Of a stretch of 58,417 nucleotides of DNA, positions 38,876 to 48,532 are shown piece by piece. Made by a program: the position numbers and the translations under genes. This DNA is from Brachybacterium sp. (GTDB taxonomy: Bacteria; Actinomycetota; Actinomycetes; Actinomycetales; Dermabacteraceae): the NCBI GenBank assembly GCA_032101665.1, contig DAMDHZ010000003.1, forward strand, positions 1 to 58,417, written 5' to 3'. The stretch's first letter is position 1. Every line of letters starts with the position of its first letter. The notes beneath the pieces were generated by a model. It searched no databases. It had not been told where the DNA came from and saw only the letters and a list, made by a program, of their open reading frames with translations.

Positions 38876-40590
38876 CGACAGCGGCGACCCCGGGCAGCGC
38901 ACGAGAGGTCAAGCGCCACAAGTGGTGGGGGTGGGGTCTCGACGACGTCACCTTCCGCTGGGACAACAAGCCCGCGTTCGCCCCGTTCGCGTATGACAAG
39001 ATCGGCATCGACCTGCCGTCGCTGCCCCCGGCCGTCGAGCCGCAGCTCGCCGACTTCGAGGTGCCCGCCTCGATCCTGCCCGACGACGTGCGCGCACGCC
39101 TGGTCGAGGTGCTCGGCCAGGACAACGTCGCGACCGACGACGAGTACCGCGTGGTCCACTCCTTCGGCCGCTCCGTGCGGGACCTGTACCGCGTGCGCAC
39201 GGGCGACTTCGCCCGGCTCGTCGACGCGGTCGTGTACCCCGCGACCGAGGAGGAGGTCCAGCGCGTCCTCGAGATCGTGCTGGACGCGGACCTCGTGCTG
39301 ATCCCCTACGGCGGCGGCTCGTGCATCTCCGGCTCGGTCACCCCGGACGTCGAGGAGAAGCGCCCCGTCATCACGCTCAACCTCGGCCGGATGCGCCGCG
39401 TGCTGTCGATCGACGACACAGCCGGCCTCGCGGTCGTCGAGGCAGGCGTCTACGGCCCGGATCTCGAGGAGCAGCTCAACGCCGACGGCTGGACGCTCGG
39501 GCACTTCCCGGACTCCTTCGCCTACTCGACGCTCGGGGGGTGGACCGCGACCCGGTCGACGGGCATGCAGAGCGACAAGTACGGCGACATCGCCGACATC
39601 GTGCGCGGCCTGCACCTCGTCCATCCGCGAGGGGTGCTGCGCATCAAGGGCCTCCCGAGCCAGTCGACGGGGCCGAGCCTGCGCGAGATCGTGGTGGGCT
39701 CCGAGGGGCGTCTGGGCGTGATCACCCAGGTCACCGTGCAGGTGCACCGTCTCGCTCCGGAGCGCCAGGTGATCGCGTACATGTTCCCCGACTGGGAGCA
39801 CGGGATCCGCACGATGCACGCGATCGCGCGCAACACGGACATCCACACGACCTTCGCACGGCTGTCCGACGGCGACGAGACCGCGTTCTCGCTGTCGATG
39901 CTCAAGGAGCCGACGACGCTCACGTCGAAGGTGACCGCGACCGTGCAGGACACGCTCTTCGCGTACCTGGCCTCGAAGGGCTGGGACACCGAGCGGGGGA
40001 TGTGCATCGGCTACGTGTGCTTCGAGGGATCGAAGGACGCCGTGGCGCGCCAGCAGGGCGTGGTCAAGAAGATCGTGAAGGCCAACGGCGGGGTCTCGCT
40101 CGGCGCGGGTGCCGGCAGGATCTACGACCAGAAGAAGTTCGACACCCCCTATCTGCGGGACTTCCTGCTCGACTACGGCGTGTTCGGCGACGTCTCGGAG
40201 ACGGCGGCCCCGTGGTCACGCCTGAACGAGGTGCACGCCGAGGTGACGGCGGCCGTCCACCGGGCACTCGACGAGATCGGCCGTCCCGGCTTCGTGTTCT
40301 GCCACATGTCGCACAGCTACCACTCCGGCGCGTGCCTCTACTTCACCTTCGCGTTCCCCTTCACCGACGACGATCGGGCTCTCGCGGAGTACGACACGGT
40401 CAAGCGCACGATGCAGCAGGCGTTCATCGACCACGGCGCGACCCTGTCGCATCACCACGCGGTGGGCACCGAGCACCAGCCGTGGATGGAGCAGGACGTC
40501 ACCGCGGTGGGCGTGAGCATCCTGCAGGACGTGTTCACGACCTCCGACCCGGGACGCAACCTCAACCCCGGCAAGATCGTCACGCCGTGA
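38872..40590 (+). CDS. Alkyl-dihydroxyacetonephosphate synthase-like FAD enzyme
   Basis: KWWGWG, PYGGGS, GHFPDSFAYSTLGGW, GSEGRLGVIT, ETAAPW, HMSHSY..GACLYF, LSHHHAVG, NPG. Confidence 0.88.
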   Translation: MTTAATPGSAREVKRHKWWGWGLDDVTFRWDNKPAFAPFAYDKIGIDLPSLPPAVEPQLADFEVPASILPDDVRARLVEVLGQDNVATDDEYRVVHSFGRSVRDLYRVRTGDFARLVDAVVYPATEEEVQRVLEIVLDADLVLIPYGGGSCISGSVTPDVEEKRPVITLNLGRMRRVLSIDDTAGLAVVEAGVYGPDLEEQLNADGWTLGHFPDSFAYSTLGGWTATRSTGMQSDKYGDIADIVRGLHLVHPRGVLRIKGLPSQSTGPSLREIVVGSEGRLGVITQVTVQVHRLAPERQVIAYMFPDWEHGIRTMHAIARNTDIHTTFARLSDGDETAFSLSMLKEPTTLTSKVTATVQDTLFAYLASKGWDTERGMCIGYVCFEGSKDAVARQQGVVKKIVKANGGVSLGAGAGRIYDQKKFDTPYLRDFLLDYGVFGDVSETAAPWSRLNEVHAEVTAAVHRALDEIGRPGFVFCHMSHSYHSGACLYFTFAFPFTDDDRALAEYDTVKRTMQQAFIDHGATLSHHHAVGTEHQPWMEQDVTAVGVSILQDVFTTSDPGRNLNPGKIVTP

Positions 40591-40711
40591 GAGCGGGCCT
40601 CGCGCGGCGTACGGTCGCGCGGGGCCCCCGGCGGATGACGGCGGACCGGCGAGAGCGGGTGAGGCCGGGTCGGAGCAGCGGGCGATCGGACCGGCGCCGG
40701 AAGAGACGAGA

Positions 40712-40742
40712 AAGCCCCGCGATCACGAGGATCGCGGGGCTT
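40712..40742 (-). terminator. Rho-independent terminator downstream of tRNA-Arg
   Basis: AAGCCCCGCGATC-5 nt loop-GATCGCGGGGCTT (13-bp stem), running into TTTCT on the minus strand. Confidence 0.75.
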
Positions 40743-40749
40743 CACACGG

Positions 40750-40822
40750 TGCGCCCGGAGGGATTCGAACCCCCAACCTTCTGATCCGTAGTCAGATGCT
40801 CTATCCGTTAAGCTACGGGCGC
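40750..40822 (-). tRNA. tRNA-Arg(ACG)
   Basis: GCGCCCG acceptor stem, TCTGA-CTACGGA-TCAGA anticodon arm, GGTTCGAATCC. Confidence 0.97.
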
Positions 40823-40847
40823 CCATCGGCTCACGCCGACCTCATCG

Positions 40848-40877
40848 ATAGTAGTCGTCCCTGCCCGAGGGCGCCAA
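40848..40877 (-). promoter_or_regulatory. Putative sigma-A promoter of tRNA-Arg
   Basis: TTGGCG-18 nt-TACTAT on the minus strand. Confidence 0.55.
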
Positions 40878-40967
40878 TCCGGGCCGCATGAAGAAGCTCA
40901 CACGGCCCGCGTCGAGGGCGCCCGGCGGGGCGGGGCAGGCATCAGGGATGCTCCCCGGGCTGGCGCC

Positions 40968-42029
40968 TCAGCCGCGCTCCTCCGGGTGACGCCAGGGCTC
41001 CTGGTCCGGGGCCGGAGGCTGCTCGGCCCAGGGCTGCGGCGCCTGTTGCCCTGCTGCGGCCTGCTCGTCGCCGGCCTGCTGGCTCGGCGCGCCCTGCCCC
41101 GGGAACGCGGTGTGGGAGCCGTGGTGCGGTGGCTGGACCGGTGCCTGCGGGCCGGGAGAGGCCCACGAGGACGACGGCGCCGCGGACGGCTGGGCGCTCT
41201 GCGCCGTGGGCGGCTGGACGCCCGGACCCGGGAACGGCGGCTGCTGACCGGCCGGCGGCGACATCGGGGAGCCGTACGACGGCGACCCCGCACCGCCGTA
41301 CGCGCTCGGCGCCGGCGGGACGGAGGCGGTGCCCGACGTACCGGCGTAGCCGCCGGGCACGGTGGGCGTCGTGGTGCGACGGCGTCGACGCAGCAGCAGC
41401 ACGATGGCCACGATCACGGCGGCGAGGACCACGAGAGCGACGAGCAGCGCGACGACGCCGACGATGACCCACACGAGGCCGTTGCCGCCGGCCTCGGCGC
41501 GGATGTCGATGCCCGTGCTCGCGAACTCGTTCAGGTCGGTGTACGTCACGGTCTTGCCGTCGACGGTCCCACCCGAGGACTCGATGACCTTCCCCGGGAA
41601 CTCGACGGTGAGCCGGAAGTCGATGTCGCCGAACGCGTCGGCGCCCGTCAGGCCCGCGTCGCCCGGAGTCACCACGAGGTGGTACTCGCCGTCGGCCTCG
41701 GTGAGCTGGAAGTCGCCGTCGAAGTTCTCGCGCGCGATGGTCCCGGCGACCGTGCAGACGTACATGTCCTCGGTCTCGCTCGGGTCCGCCTTGTCGGGAC
41801 CGGTGACCCCGCCGTCCTCGGAGGAGAACTCGTCGCACAGCGCCTGCGCGGAGGAGATGCCGCTCATCGAGGCGATGTCCTTCTCGATGCCCAGCTCGAA
41901 GTTCACGTCGAGGGTGTCGACGTCCCGCACCTCGAGGGTGCCGTGGAAGCTGCCGCACGCGGCGAGGAGGGCGAGGAGGGGGAGGAGGAGCACGGCCCGC
42001 AGCCGCCGCGCCCAGGTGGTGGTGTGCAT
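40968..42029 (-). CDS. LppM-like lipoprotein with C-terminal TM helix and Pro/Gln-rich tail
   Basis: LAAC lipobox, TVEFPGKVIESSG, TM helix followed by RRRRR, low-complexity tail. Confidence 0.7.
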   Translation of the reverse strand: MHTTTWARRLRAVLLLPLLALLAACGSFHGTLEVRDVDTLDVNFELGIEKDIASMSGISSAQALCDEFSSEDGGVTGPDKADPSETEDMYVCTVAGTIARENFDGDFQLTEADGEYHLVVTPGDAGLTGADAFGDIDFRLTVEFPGKVIESSGGTVDGKTVTYTDLNEFASTGIDIRAEAGGNGLVWVIVGVVALLVALVVLAAVIVAIVLLLRRRRRTTTPTVPGGYAGTSGTASVPPAPSAYGGAGSPSYGSPMSPPAGQQPPFPGPGVQPPTAQSAQPSAAPSSSWASPGPQAPVQPPHHGSHTAFPGQGAPSQQAGDEQAAAGQQAPQPWAEQPPAPDQEPWRHPEERG

Positions 42030-42175
42030 GGTTGTCCCTCAATGGGTGGTCCCGTCGTGGGCGGCGGCGCCGCCGGGGCCCACGCTACCGTGGGCGTGCG
42101 CGTCCCGCCGTGGGGACAACTCCCCACGCAGGCTCCGCCATCGGAGTCACCTCTGTGCGGCCCCCGTCGGAACGG

Positions 42176-43027
42176 TCAGGTCTCGTCGGCCTCGGCGGCC
42201 GATCCGGGCGGCATGCCCTTGCCGAAGACGGGCGCCGCCTGGGGGCGCTTGGGCGCCAGGTCGTCGCCCGAGGACTGGTGGCGCAGGCGCCGCAGCACCC
42301 ACGGGGCGAAGTGCGAGCGCGCCCACTGCAGATCCCCCTGGCGTGCGGCGCGCCAGGTGCGCAGCGGCGCGTCCTCGGGGTCGGCCGGGTGCAGCTGGTG
42401 GGGCACGTGCAGGGTGTCGAGGACGTCGGCCGCGATCGTCTGGTGCCCGAGCGCCGAGAAGTGCAGGCGGTCCCCGGCCCACATCGACTCATGGGTGAGC
42501 GTCCGCAGCGCCCACAGGTCCACCACGGCGGCGTCGTGGCGGGACGCGACCGTGCGCAGGTTCTCGTTGTAGATCGCGGCCCGACCGCGGATCACCTTGA
42601 GCACGGGGGTCGAGCCGACGTCCGGCGCGGTGAACAGCACGACGGTCGCGCCGGTGTCGGCGAGCTGCCCCACGGCCTCGTCGATCTCGACGGCGATCGC
42701 GTCGGGATCGGCCAGCCGCAGCACGTCGTTGCCGCCGGCCATGAAGCTCACCAGGTCGGGCTCGAGGGCGAGCGCCGGTTCGAGCTGCTCGTCGATGATC
42801 TGGCGGAACAGGCGGCCGCGGATCGCGAGGTTCGCGTACGAGAAGCCGTCGACGGAGCGGCCCAGCTCCTCGGCGACCCGATCGGCCCAACCGCGGTGTC
42901 CGCCCGGCACGGTCGGATCGGGATCGCCGATCCCCTCGGTGAAGGAGTCGCCGATCGCGACGAAGCGGGTCCAGGGATGGCGAGCGGACTCGCCGCCGGG
43001 GAGCGGGGGCACCTCCGCGGAGGACAT
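42176..43027 (-). CDS. SGNH/GDSL hydrolase
   Basis: AIGDSFTEG, GWAD, YANLAIRG, GGND, DRLH. Confidence 0.9.
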   Translation of the reverse strand: MSSAEVPPLPGGESARHPWTRFVAIGDSFTEGIGDPDPTVPGGHRGWADRVAEELGRSVDGFSYANLAIRGRLFRQIIDEQLEPALALEPDLVSFMAGGNDVLRLADPDAIAVEIDEAVGQLADTGATVVLFTAPDVGSTPVLKVIRGRAAIYNENLRTVASRHDAAVVDLWALRTLTHESMWAGDRLHFSALGHQTIAADVLDTLHVPHQLHPADPEDAPLRTWRAARQGDLQWARSHFAPWVLRRLRHQSSGDDLAPKRPQAAPVFGKGMPPGSAAEADET

Positions 43028-43032
43028 CCCCG

Positions 43033-43611
43033 TCACTTCCAACGCATGAGCAGCCCGCCGCCGACGACCATGATCCCGAAGCCCACGAGCAGGTTCCAGT
43101 CCTGGATCGGGAGTGGCAGCTGACCGCCCGAGAGGTAGAAGGTCACGAGGTAGACGAGGCCCACGATCAGCAGCGTGACCGCGGTCGGGGCCAGCCACGC
43201 CGGGTTCGGCGCGGTCGCGGCGACGCGGCGACGCGTGGTCGTGGTGCGCGTGCGCTCGGCCTCGGCGCTGCGCCGGGCGCGCGCGGTGCCGGTGGCCGAG
43301 GAGTCCTTGGCCTCGTCGGGCACCTCGAGGCGGGCCGGGGAGCGGCGCTTCGAGGCCTCGGCACGGCGCCGAGCGGGCTCGGCGGGCCGCTTCGCAGCGC
43401 GGCGGCGCGGGGCGATCGTGTCGCCGAAGCCGTCGAAGTCGTCGGATTCGGCGCGATCCGTCTCCGCCTCGGCGGTCACGGCGTCGTCGGCGACGGCGGC
43501 GTCGGTCTCCTCGGTCCCGACCTCGGTCGTGCCGGCGGTCTCGTCGACGGGAGCCTCGTCCGTCTCGGCGGGGCGGGTGGTGGCCGTCGATGTGCGCTTC
43601 CTGCGCGCCAT
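43033..43611 (-). CDS. crgA: Cell division protein CrgA with long disordered N-terminus
   Basis: PNPAWLAP, two TM helices, WNLLVGFG, terminal RWK. Located downstream of pknB. Confidence 0.85.
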   Translation of the reverse strand: MARRKRTSTATTRPAETDEAPVDETAGTTEVGTEETDAAVADDAVTAEAETDRAESDDFDGFGDTIAPRRRAAKRPAEPARRRAEASKRRSPARLEVPDEAKDSSATGTARARRSAEAERTRTTTTRRRVAATAPNPAWLAPTAVTLLIVGLVYLVTFYLSGGQLPLPIQDWNLLVGFGIMVVGGGLLMRWK

Positions 43612-43638
43612 GCGTACTCCGTTCAGCGGTGCGGGAGC

Positions 43639-45711
43639 TCAGCCCTCGGGCTGGTCCTCGTCGGTGGGCGTCTCGGTCGGGGTCTCGGATTCCGTCTCGG
43701 TGGGCGAGGGCGGTGCCGAGGTGGTCGAGGGGGTCTCGGTGGGCTCCGGGCCGTCGGACACCACGATCGTGACGGTCGAGCCGGCGTCGACGGGGGAGTT
43801 GGCCTCGGGATCGGTGCGGATCACGGACCCCTTGGGCATGTCGCTCGAGTGCTCGGTGCTGCGCTTGACGCCGAGGCCGAGGTCGCCCAGCTTCTTGGCG
43901 GCGTCGTCGGCGGTCTGCCCGGTCAGGTTCGGCACGGTCACGGGGCCGGGCGCCGTGGCCACGACGATCTGCACGGTCGAGCCCTTCTCGGCCGTCTGGG
44001 TGCCGTCGCTCGCGGGGTTCTGCGAGGTGACGGTGTCGGGATCGACGGTGTCGCTCTCGGCCTCGGTCACCTCGGCCACCAGGCCCGCCGCCTCGATCGC
44101 CTTCACGGCGTCGTCCCTCTTCATGTCGACCACGGCGGGCACGGCCACGTTGCCCGAGGCGGTCCACACCTCGATCGTGTCGCCCTCGCTCGCGGTCGTG
44201 CCTGCGGCGGGCCGGCTGCGCGTGATCTGCCCCTTGTCGACGTCCTTGGAGTCCTCGGAGTCCACGACCTTCAGACCGAGCCCCTGGTCCTCGAGGATCT
44301 GCTCGGCCTCGTCGGGGGTCTTGCCCGTGAGATCGGGGACGTCGACCGTCCCGGGGCCGCTCGAGACCACGACGGTGACGGTCGAGGCCGCCGGGACCTC
44401 CTTGTTCGCCGTCGGGTCCGTCGAGATCACGCGGCCCTTCTCGACGTCGGAGTCGGCCTGCTGCGTGAACGTCGGCTTGAGACCCGCCTCCTTGAGCTCC
44501 GCCGAGGCCTCGGCCTGGGTGTCGCCGACGAGGTCGGGCATGGTCGCGGTGTCGTCACCGCCGAAGGGGTCGAAGTACGCCAGGGCGGCCGCCGCGATCG
44601 CGATGATCGCCAGGCCGATGAGCACGAACAGCCACACGGGTCGCCGATGCCGCTTCTCGGCCGTGCCCTCGCCCGGCGACGTGGCGCCGACCGGGGCGGG
44701 AGCCGAGGCGACCGGGGCGACGGCATGGCCGCCCTGGGTCGGGATCAGCTGGGTCTCGCCCTCGGGCAGCACCTGGGTGGCGCCGACGGGGGAGAGGACC
44801 GTGGTGGTCTGGCCGTCGGCGCCCGTGAGAGTCCCGCCCGCGACGAGCTGCGGCGGGCGTCCCGCGACGACCGCCGCGATGTCGCGGGAGAATGCGACCG
44901 CACTCGGGTAGCGCTCGTCGCGGTCCTTCGCGAGCCCCGTGAGGATCACGGCGTCCATGGGGGGCGGGATCGTGGGGTTGTACGTCGACGGCGGGACGGG
45001 GTTCTCCCGTACGTGCTGGTAGGCGATCGAGACGGGCGAGTCACCCGTGAACGGGGGCCGGCCGGTGAGCATCTCGTAGAGCACGCACGCGGCGGAGTAG
45101 ATGTCGGAGCGGGCGTCGACCAGCTGGCCGCGGGCCTGCTCGGGGGAGAGGTACTGGGCGGTGCCCATGACCGCCTGGGTCTGGGTCATCGCGCTCGTCG
45201 CGTCCGCGACCGCACGGGCGATCCCGAAGTCCATCACCTTCACGGCGCCGTGCTCGGTGATCATGACGTTGCCGGGCTTGATGTCGCGGTGCACGATGCC
45301 GCGCTCGTGGGAGTACTCGAGCGCCGACAGCACGCCGGCCATGATCTCGGCGGCCTGCCGCGTGTCCATCGGCCGGTCCTCGTGGATGAACGCGCGCAGG
45401 GTGCGGCCCTCGACGTACTCCATGACGATGTACGGGATCGAGATCTCGTGACCGCCCTCGGAGCGGTGGTCCTCGCCGGTGTCGTAGACGGCGACGATCG
45501 CGGGATGGTTGAGGCCCGCGGCGCTCTGGGCCTCCCGACGGAAGCGCTCCTGGAAGGAGTCGTCGCGGGCGAGGTCGGAGCGCAGCACCTTGACGGCGAC
45601 CGTGCGGTGCAGGCGGGTGTCGGTCGCGAGGTACACCTCGGCCATGCCACCACGTCCGATGACGTGGCCCAGCGTGTACCGGCCGCCCAGGACCACGGGT
45701 TCGTCGCTCAC
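43639..45711 (-). CDS. pknB: PASTA-domain Ser/Thr kinase
   Basis: GRGGMAEV, HRDIKPGN, DFGIA, MTQT..GTAQYLSPEQ, TM helix, four PASTA repeats. Confidence 0.95.
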   Translation of the reverse strand: MSDEPVVLGGRYTLGHVIGRGGMAEVYLATDTRLHRTVAVKVLRSDLARDDSFQERFRREAQSAAGLNHPAIVAVYDTGEDHRSEGGHEISIPYIVMEYVEGRTLRAFIHEDRPMDTRQAAEIMAGVLSALEYSHERGIVHRDIKPGNVMITEHGAVKVMDFGIARAVADATSAMTQTQAVMGTAQYLSPEQARGQLVDARSDIYSAACVLYEMLTGRPPFTGDSPVSIAYQHVRENPVPPSTYNPTIPPPMDAVILTGLAKDRDERYPSAVAFSRDIAAVVAGRPPQLVAGGTLTGADGQTTTVLSPVGATQVLPEGETQLIPTQGGHAVAPVASAPAPVGATSPGEGTAEKRHRRPVWLFVLIGLAIIAIAAAALAYFDPFGGDDTATMPDLVGDTQAEASAELKEAGLKPTFTQQADSDVEKGRVISTDPTANKEVPAASTVTVVVSSGPGTVDVPDLTGKTPDEAEQILEDQGLGLKVVDSEDSKDVDKGQITRSRPAAGTTASEGDTIEVWTASGNVAVPAVVDMKRDDAVKAIEAAGLVAEVTEAESDTVDPDTVTSQNPASDGTQTAEKGSTVQIVVATAPGPVTVPNLTGQTADDAAKKLGDLGLGVKRSTEHSSDMPKGSVIRTDPEANSPVDAGSTVTIVVSDGPEPTETPSTTSAPPSPTETESETPTETPTDEDQPEG

Positions 45712-45724
45712 AGTCCAACCGTCC

Positions 45725-47089
45725 TCATGACATGACCGGGCCGTCTGCGACCCATTCGACCATCGTAGGTGACGCTCCGGCCAGCGCGAACAGGTGCCCG
45801 GTGCCGCCCAGCACGGCGACCACGACCACCACGAGGAGCAACAGGATCAGCAGCAGCCCGGGCACCGAGAAGGGCCCGAGGCGCCGTCCCGTCGAGGTGC
45901 CGCGGGTGGTCCGCTCGGTGCGTCCGGAATCGGCGGACGTCCCCTCCGGATCCGCGCCGGGCGCGTCGGCGGGCCGCCAGGCGCCGCTCGGCGAGGCCTG
46001 CGCCGCACGGCGCGCCTCGGCCGCGGGAGCGGGCTGCGGGCTCGAGGCCGAGAGCCCCGACGGCGCCGACAGCCCCGAGCTCGCGGACGGGCCCGAGCGG
46101 TGGCGGATGCCGCGCCGGCCTGAGGTCCGCGGCAGCGGCATCGCCGCGGTGCGGGTGCCGGTCGGGCTCGTCGCGAGGCCGCCCGCGCTCGCCGACGTCG
46201 AGACGGGCTGCTCTCCCGTGCTGCGGACCGACGGGATCGCACCCGTCGTGAACCGAGGGTGCTCCCCGCGCTGGATGGACTCGAGGATGCGCGCGACGGC
46301 CGACGCGGACCGCGGCCGGTTGGCAGGGGCCTTGGCGAGCGTCATCGACACGAGCTGACGCAGGTCCGGATCGACCGACTCCGGCAGCTCGGGAGCGGGC
46401 TGCTTGACCTGGGCCATCGCGATGTCGACCTGGCTGGCCCCGGTGAAGGGCCGGTGGCCCGTCAACATCTCGAAGGCGACGATCCCGAGCGCGTACACGT
46501 CCGAGAGCGAGGTGGCCTGCTTGCCCATCGCCTGTTCGGGGGAGAGGTACTGCGCGGTGCCCATCACGAGCCCCGTCTTGGTCAGGCGCGCCTGATCGGT
46601 GCTGCGCGCGATCCCGAAGTCCGTGATCTTCATGCGCCAGTCGTGGTCCTCGTCGACGACGATGTTCTCGGGCTTGACGTCACGGTGCACGACGCCCTTG
46701 GAGTGGGCGGCGTCGAGCGCGCGGGCGAGGTCGATGAGCACCGAGATCACGCGGCGCTCGGGCAGGCCGCCCGGGTTCTCCTCGATGATCTCCGAGAGCG
46801 GGCGACCCGTGCACAGCTCCATCACGATGTAGGCGCGCCCGTCGAGCTCGCCGTAGTCGTAGAGCGCGGCGATCGCGTCATGGGACAGGGCCGCGGTGTG
46901 ACGCGCCTCGGCGCGGAAGCGCTTGAGGAAGCCCTCGTCGCCCGCGTACTCCTCACGCAGGACCTTGACGGCCACGTCGCGGTCGAGGTCCTGGTCGCGT
47001 CCCTTCCAGACCTGGCCCATGCCGCCCGTCGCGATCAGGTCGACGAGCTCGTAGCGGCCCTCGAGCACCAGTCCCGGCTGCGTCCTCAC
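45725..47089 (-). CDS. pknA: Ser/Thr protein kinase
   Basis: ATGGMGQV, HRDVKPEN, DFGIA, C-terminal TM helix. Cluster position fits. Confidence 0.92.
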   Translation of the reverse strand: MRTQPGLVLEGRYELVDLIATGGMGQVWKGRDQDLDRDVAVKVLREEYAGDEGFLKRFRAEARHTAALSHDAIAALYDYGELDGRAYIVMELCTGRPLSEIIEENPGGLPERRVISVLIDLARALDAAHSKGVVHRDVKPENIVVDEDHDWRMKITDFGIARSTDQARLTKTGLVMGTAQYLSPEQAMGKQATSLSDVYALGIVAFEMLTGHRPFTGASQVDIAMAQVKQPAPELPESVDPDLRQLVSMTLAKAPANRPRSASAVARILESIQRGEHPRFTTGAIPSVRSTGEQPVSTSASAGGLATSPTGTRTAAMPLPRTSGRRGIRHRSGPSASSGLSAPSGLSASSPQPAPAAEARRAAQASPSGAWRPADAPGADPEGTSADSGRTERTTRGTSTGRRLGPFSVPGLLLILLLLVVVVVAVLGGTGHLFALAGASPTMVEWVADGPVMS

Positions 47090-48531
47090 GGTGAGACCAC
47101 CGCCTCCATGATGTCGCGGGCGATGGGGGCGGCGGCGCGGGAGCCGTAGCCGCCCTCCTCGACCACGACCGCGACGGCGACCTTGCGGTCACCGGCGTTG
47201 GCGTACCCGACGAACCAGGCGTGCGGGGTGCGGTCCGAGCCCCACTGCGCCGTGCCCGTCTTGCCGCCCACCTCGGCGCCGTCGATCTGTGCGGCCGTGC
47301 CGGTGCCGTCCTCGACGGTCGCGACCATCATGTCGCGCATCTGCGCGGCGTTGGAGGCCGAGAGCGGCTGGGACAGCTTCTTGGAGGTGAGCGAGGAGAT
47401 CTCCTTGAGGTCGCTCGTGCGGACGGACTGCACGAGCTGCGGCTCCATGACGACCCCGTCGTTGTCGAAGGACGCGGCGACCATCGCCATCTGCAGCGGG
47501 GTGACCCGGTCCTCGTACTGGCCGATCGAGCTGGTCGCGAGCTGGGCCCCGTCGAGGTCGTCCCCGATCGACGACGGCGTCACCCGCATCGGGATCGACA
47601 TCTTGGTGCCGAAGCCGTACTCCGTGGTGATGTCCTGCAGGGCCTCCTGGCCGAGCGCCGTGCCCAGGAGCGCGAAGGACGTGTTGCACGACTGGCGCAG
47701 AGCGTCCTGCAGGCTCGACTGGTCACCGTCGCCGCACGGGGTGGTGTCGCCCTCGGAGTGGTTGTTCATGACGTTCGAGGAGTTGGGCAGCTGGTAGGTG
47801 CCGGGCCCGGGGATCACGGAGTCCTTCGTGTACTGGCCGGAGTCGAGGGCGGCGGCGGCGACGAGCAGCTTGAACGTGGATCCCGGCGGGTACAGGTCGC
47901 CGCCGATCGCCCGGTTGGTCATCGGCTTGGAGGAGTCCTGGGACAGCGACTGCCAGGTCTCGGTCACGGCGTTGCGGCTGTGGCTGGCCATGTCGTTGGG
48001 GTCGTACGAGGGGGTCGAGGCCATCGCGAGGATCGCCCCGGTCTCCGGGTCGAGCGCGACGGCCGCGCCGCGGTGGCCCTGCAGGCCGTCCCACGCCGCC
48101 TTCTGCGCCTCGGGGTCGATCGTGAGCTCGACGGTCGCGCCCTGCGGCGTGCGGCCCGAGACGATGTCGGAGATGCGCTGGTAGAACAGCGAGTCGGCCT
48201 CGCCCGAGAGGGTGTCGTTGAGGGAGTTCTCGAGGCCCGTGAAGCCGTAGACGACCGAGTAGTAGCCCGTGACGGGCGCGTACATCGGCCCGTCGGCGTA
48301 GGTGCGCTGGTAGCCGTAGGTGTCGTCGGTCTTGACGGAGTCGGCGATCGGGTCGCCCGCCACCACGATGGGACCGCGGTCCCGGCCGAACTCCGCGTAC
48401 AGGGTGCGGTGGTTGCGCGAGTCGTCGTTGAGCGACTTGGCCTGGATGGCCTGGATGTACGTGGTCGAGCCGAACAGGAACACGAACAGGATCCCGACGA
48501 CGAGGGCGACGTGGCGCAACGGCTTGTTCAT
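47086..48531 (-). CDS. pbpA: Class B penicillin-binding protein
   Basis: PGSTFK (SxxK), SCN, GKTGTAQ. Confidence 0.93.
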   Translation of the reverse strand: MNKPLRHVALVVGILFVFLFGSTTYIQAIQAKSLNDDSRNHRTLYAEFGRDRGPIVVAGDPIADSVKTDDTYGYQRTYADGPMYAPVTGYYSVVYGFTGLENSLNDTLSGEADSLFYQRISDIVSGRTPQGATVELTIDPEAQKAAWDGLQGHRGAAVALDPETGAILAMASTPSYDPNDMASHSRNAVTETWQSLSQDSSKPMTNRAIGGDLYPPGSTFKLLVAAAALDSGQYTKDSVIPGPGTYQLPNSSNVMNNHSEGDTTPCGDGDQSSLQDALRQSCNTSFALLGTALGQEALQDITTEYGFGTKMSIPMRVTPSSIGDDLDGAQLATSSIGQYEDRVTPLQMAMVAASFDNDGVVMEPQLVQSVRTSDLKEISSLTSKKLSQPLSASNAAQMRDMMVATVEDGTGTAAQIDGAEVGGKTGTAQWGSDRTPHAWFVGYANAGDRKVAVAVVVEEGGYGSRAAAPIARDIMEAVVSP

Positions 48532-48532
48532 G

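Noticed and set aside
12535..40822. Prophage or ICE integrated at one of the three tRNAs
   Set aside because: No integrase, transposase, phage or conjugation genes, and no duplicated tRNA 3' end (att) was seen.
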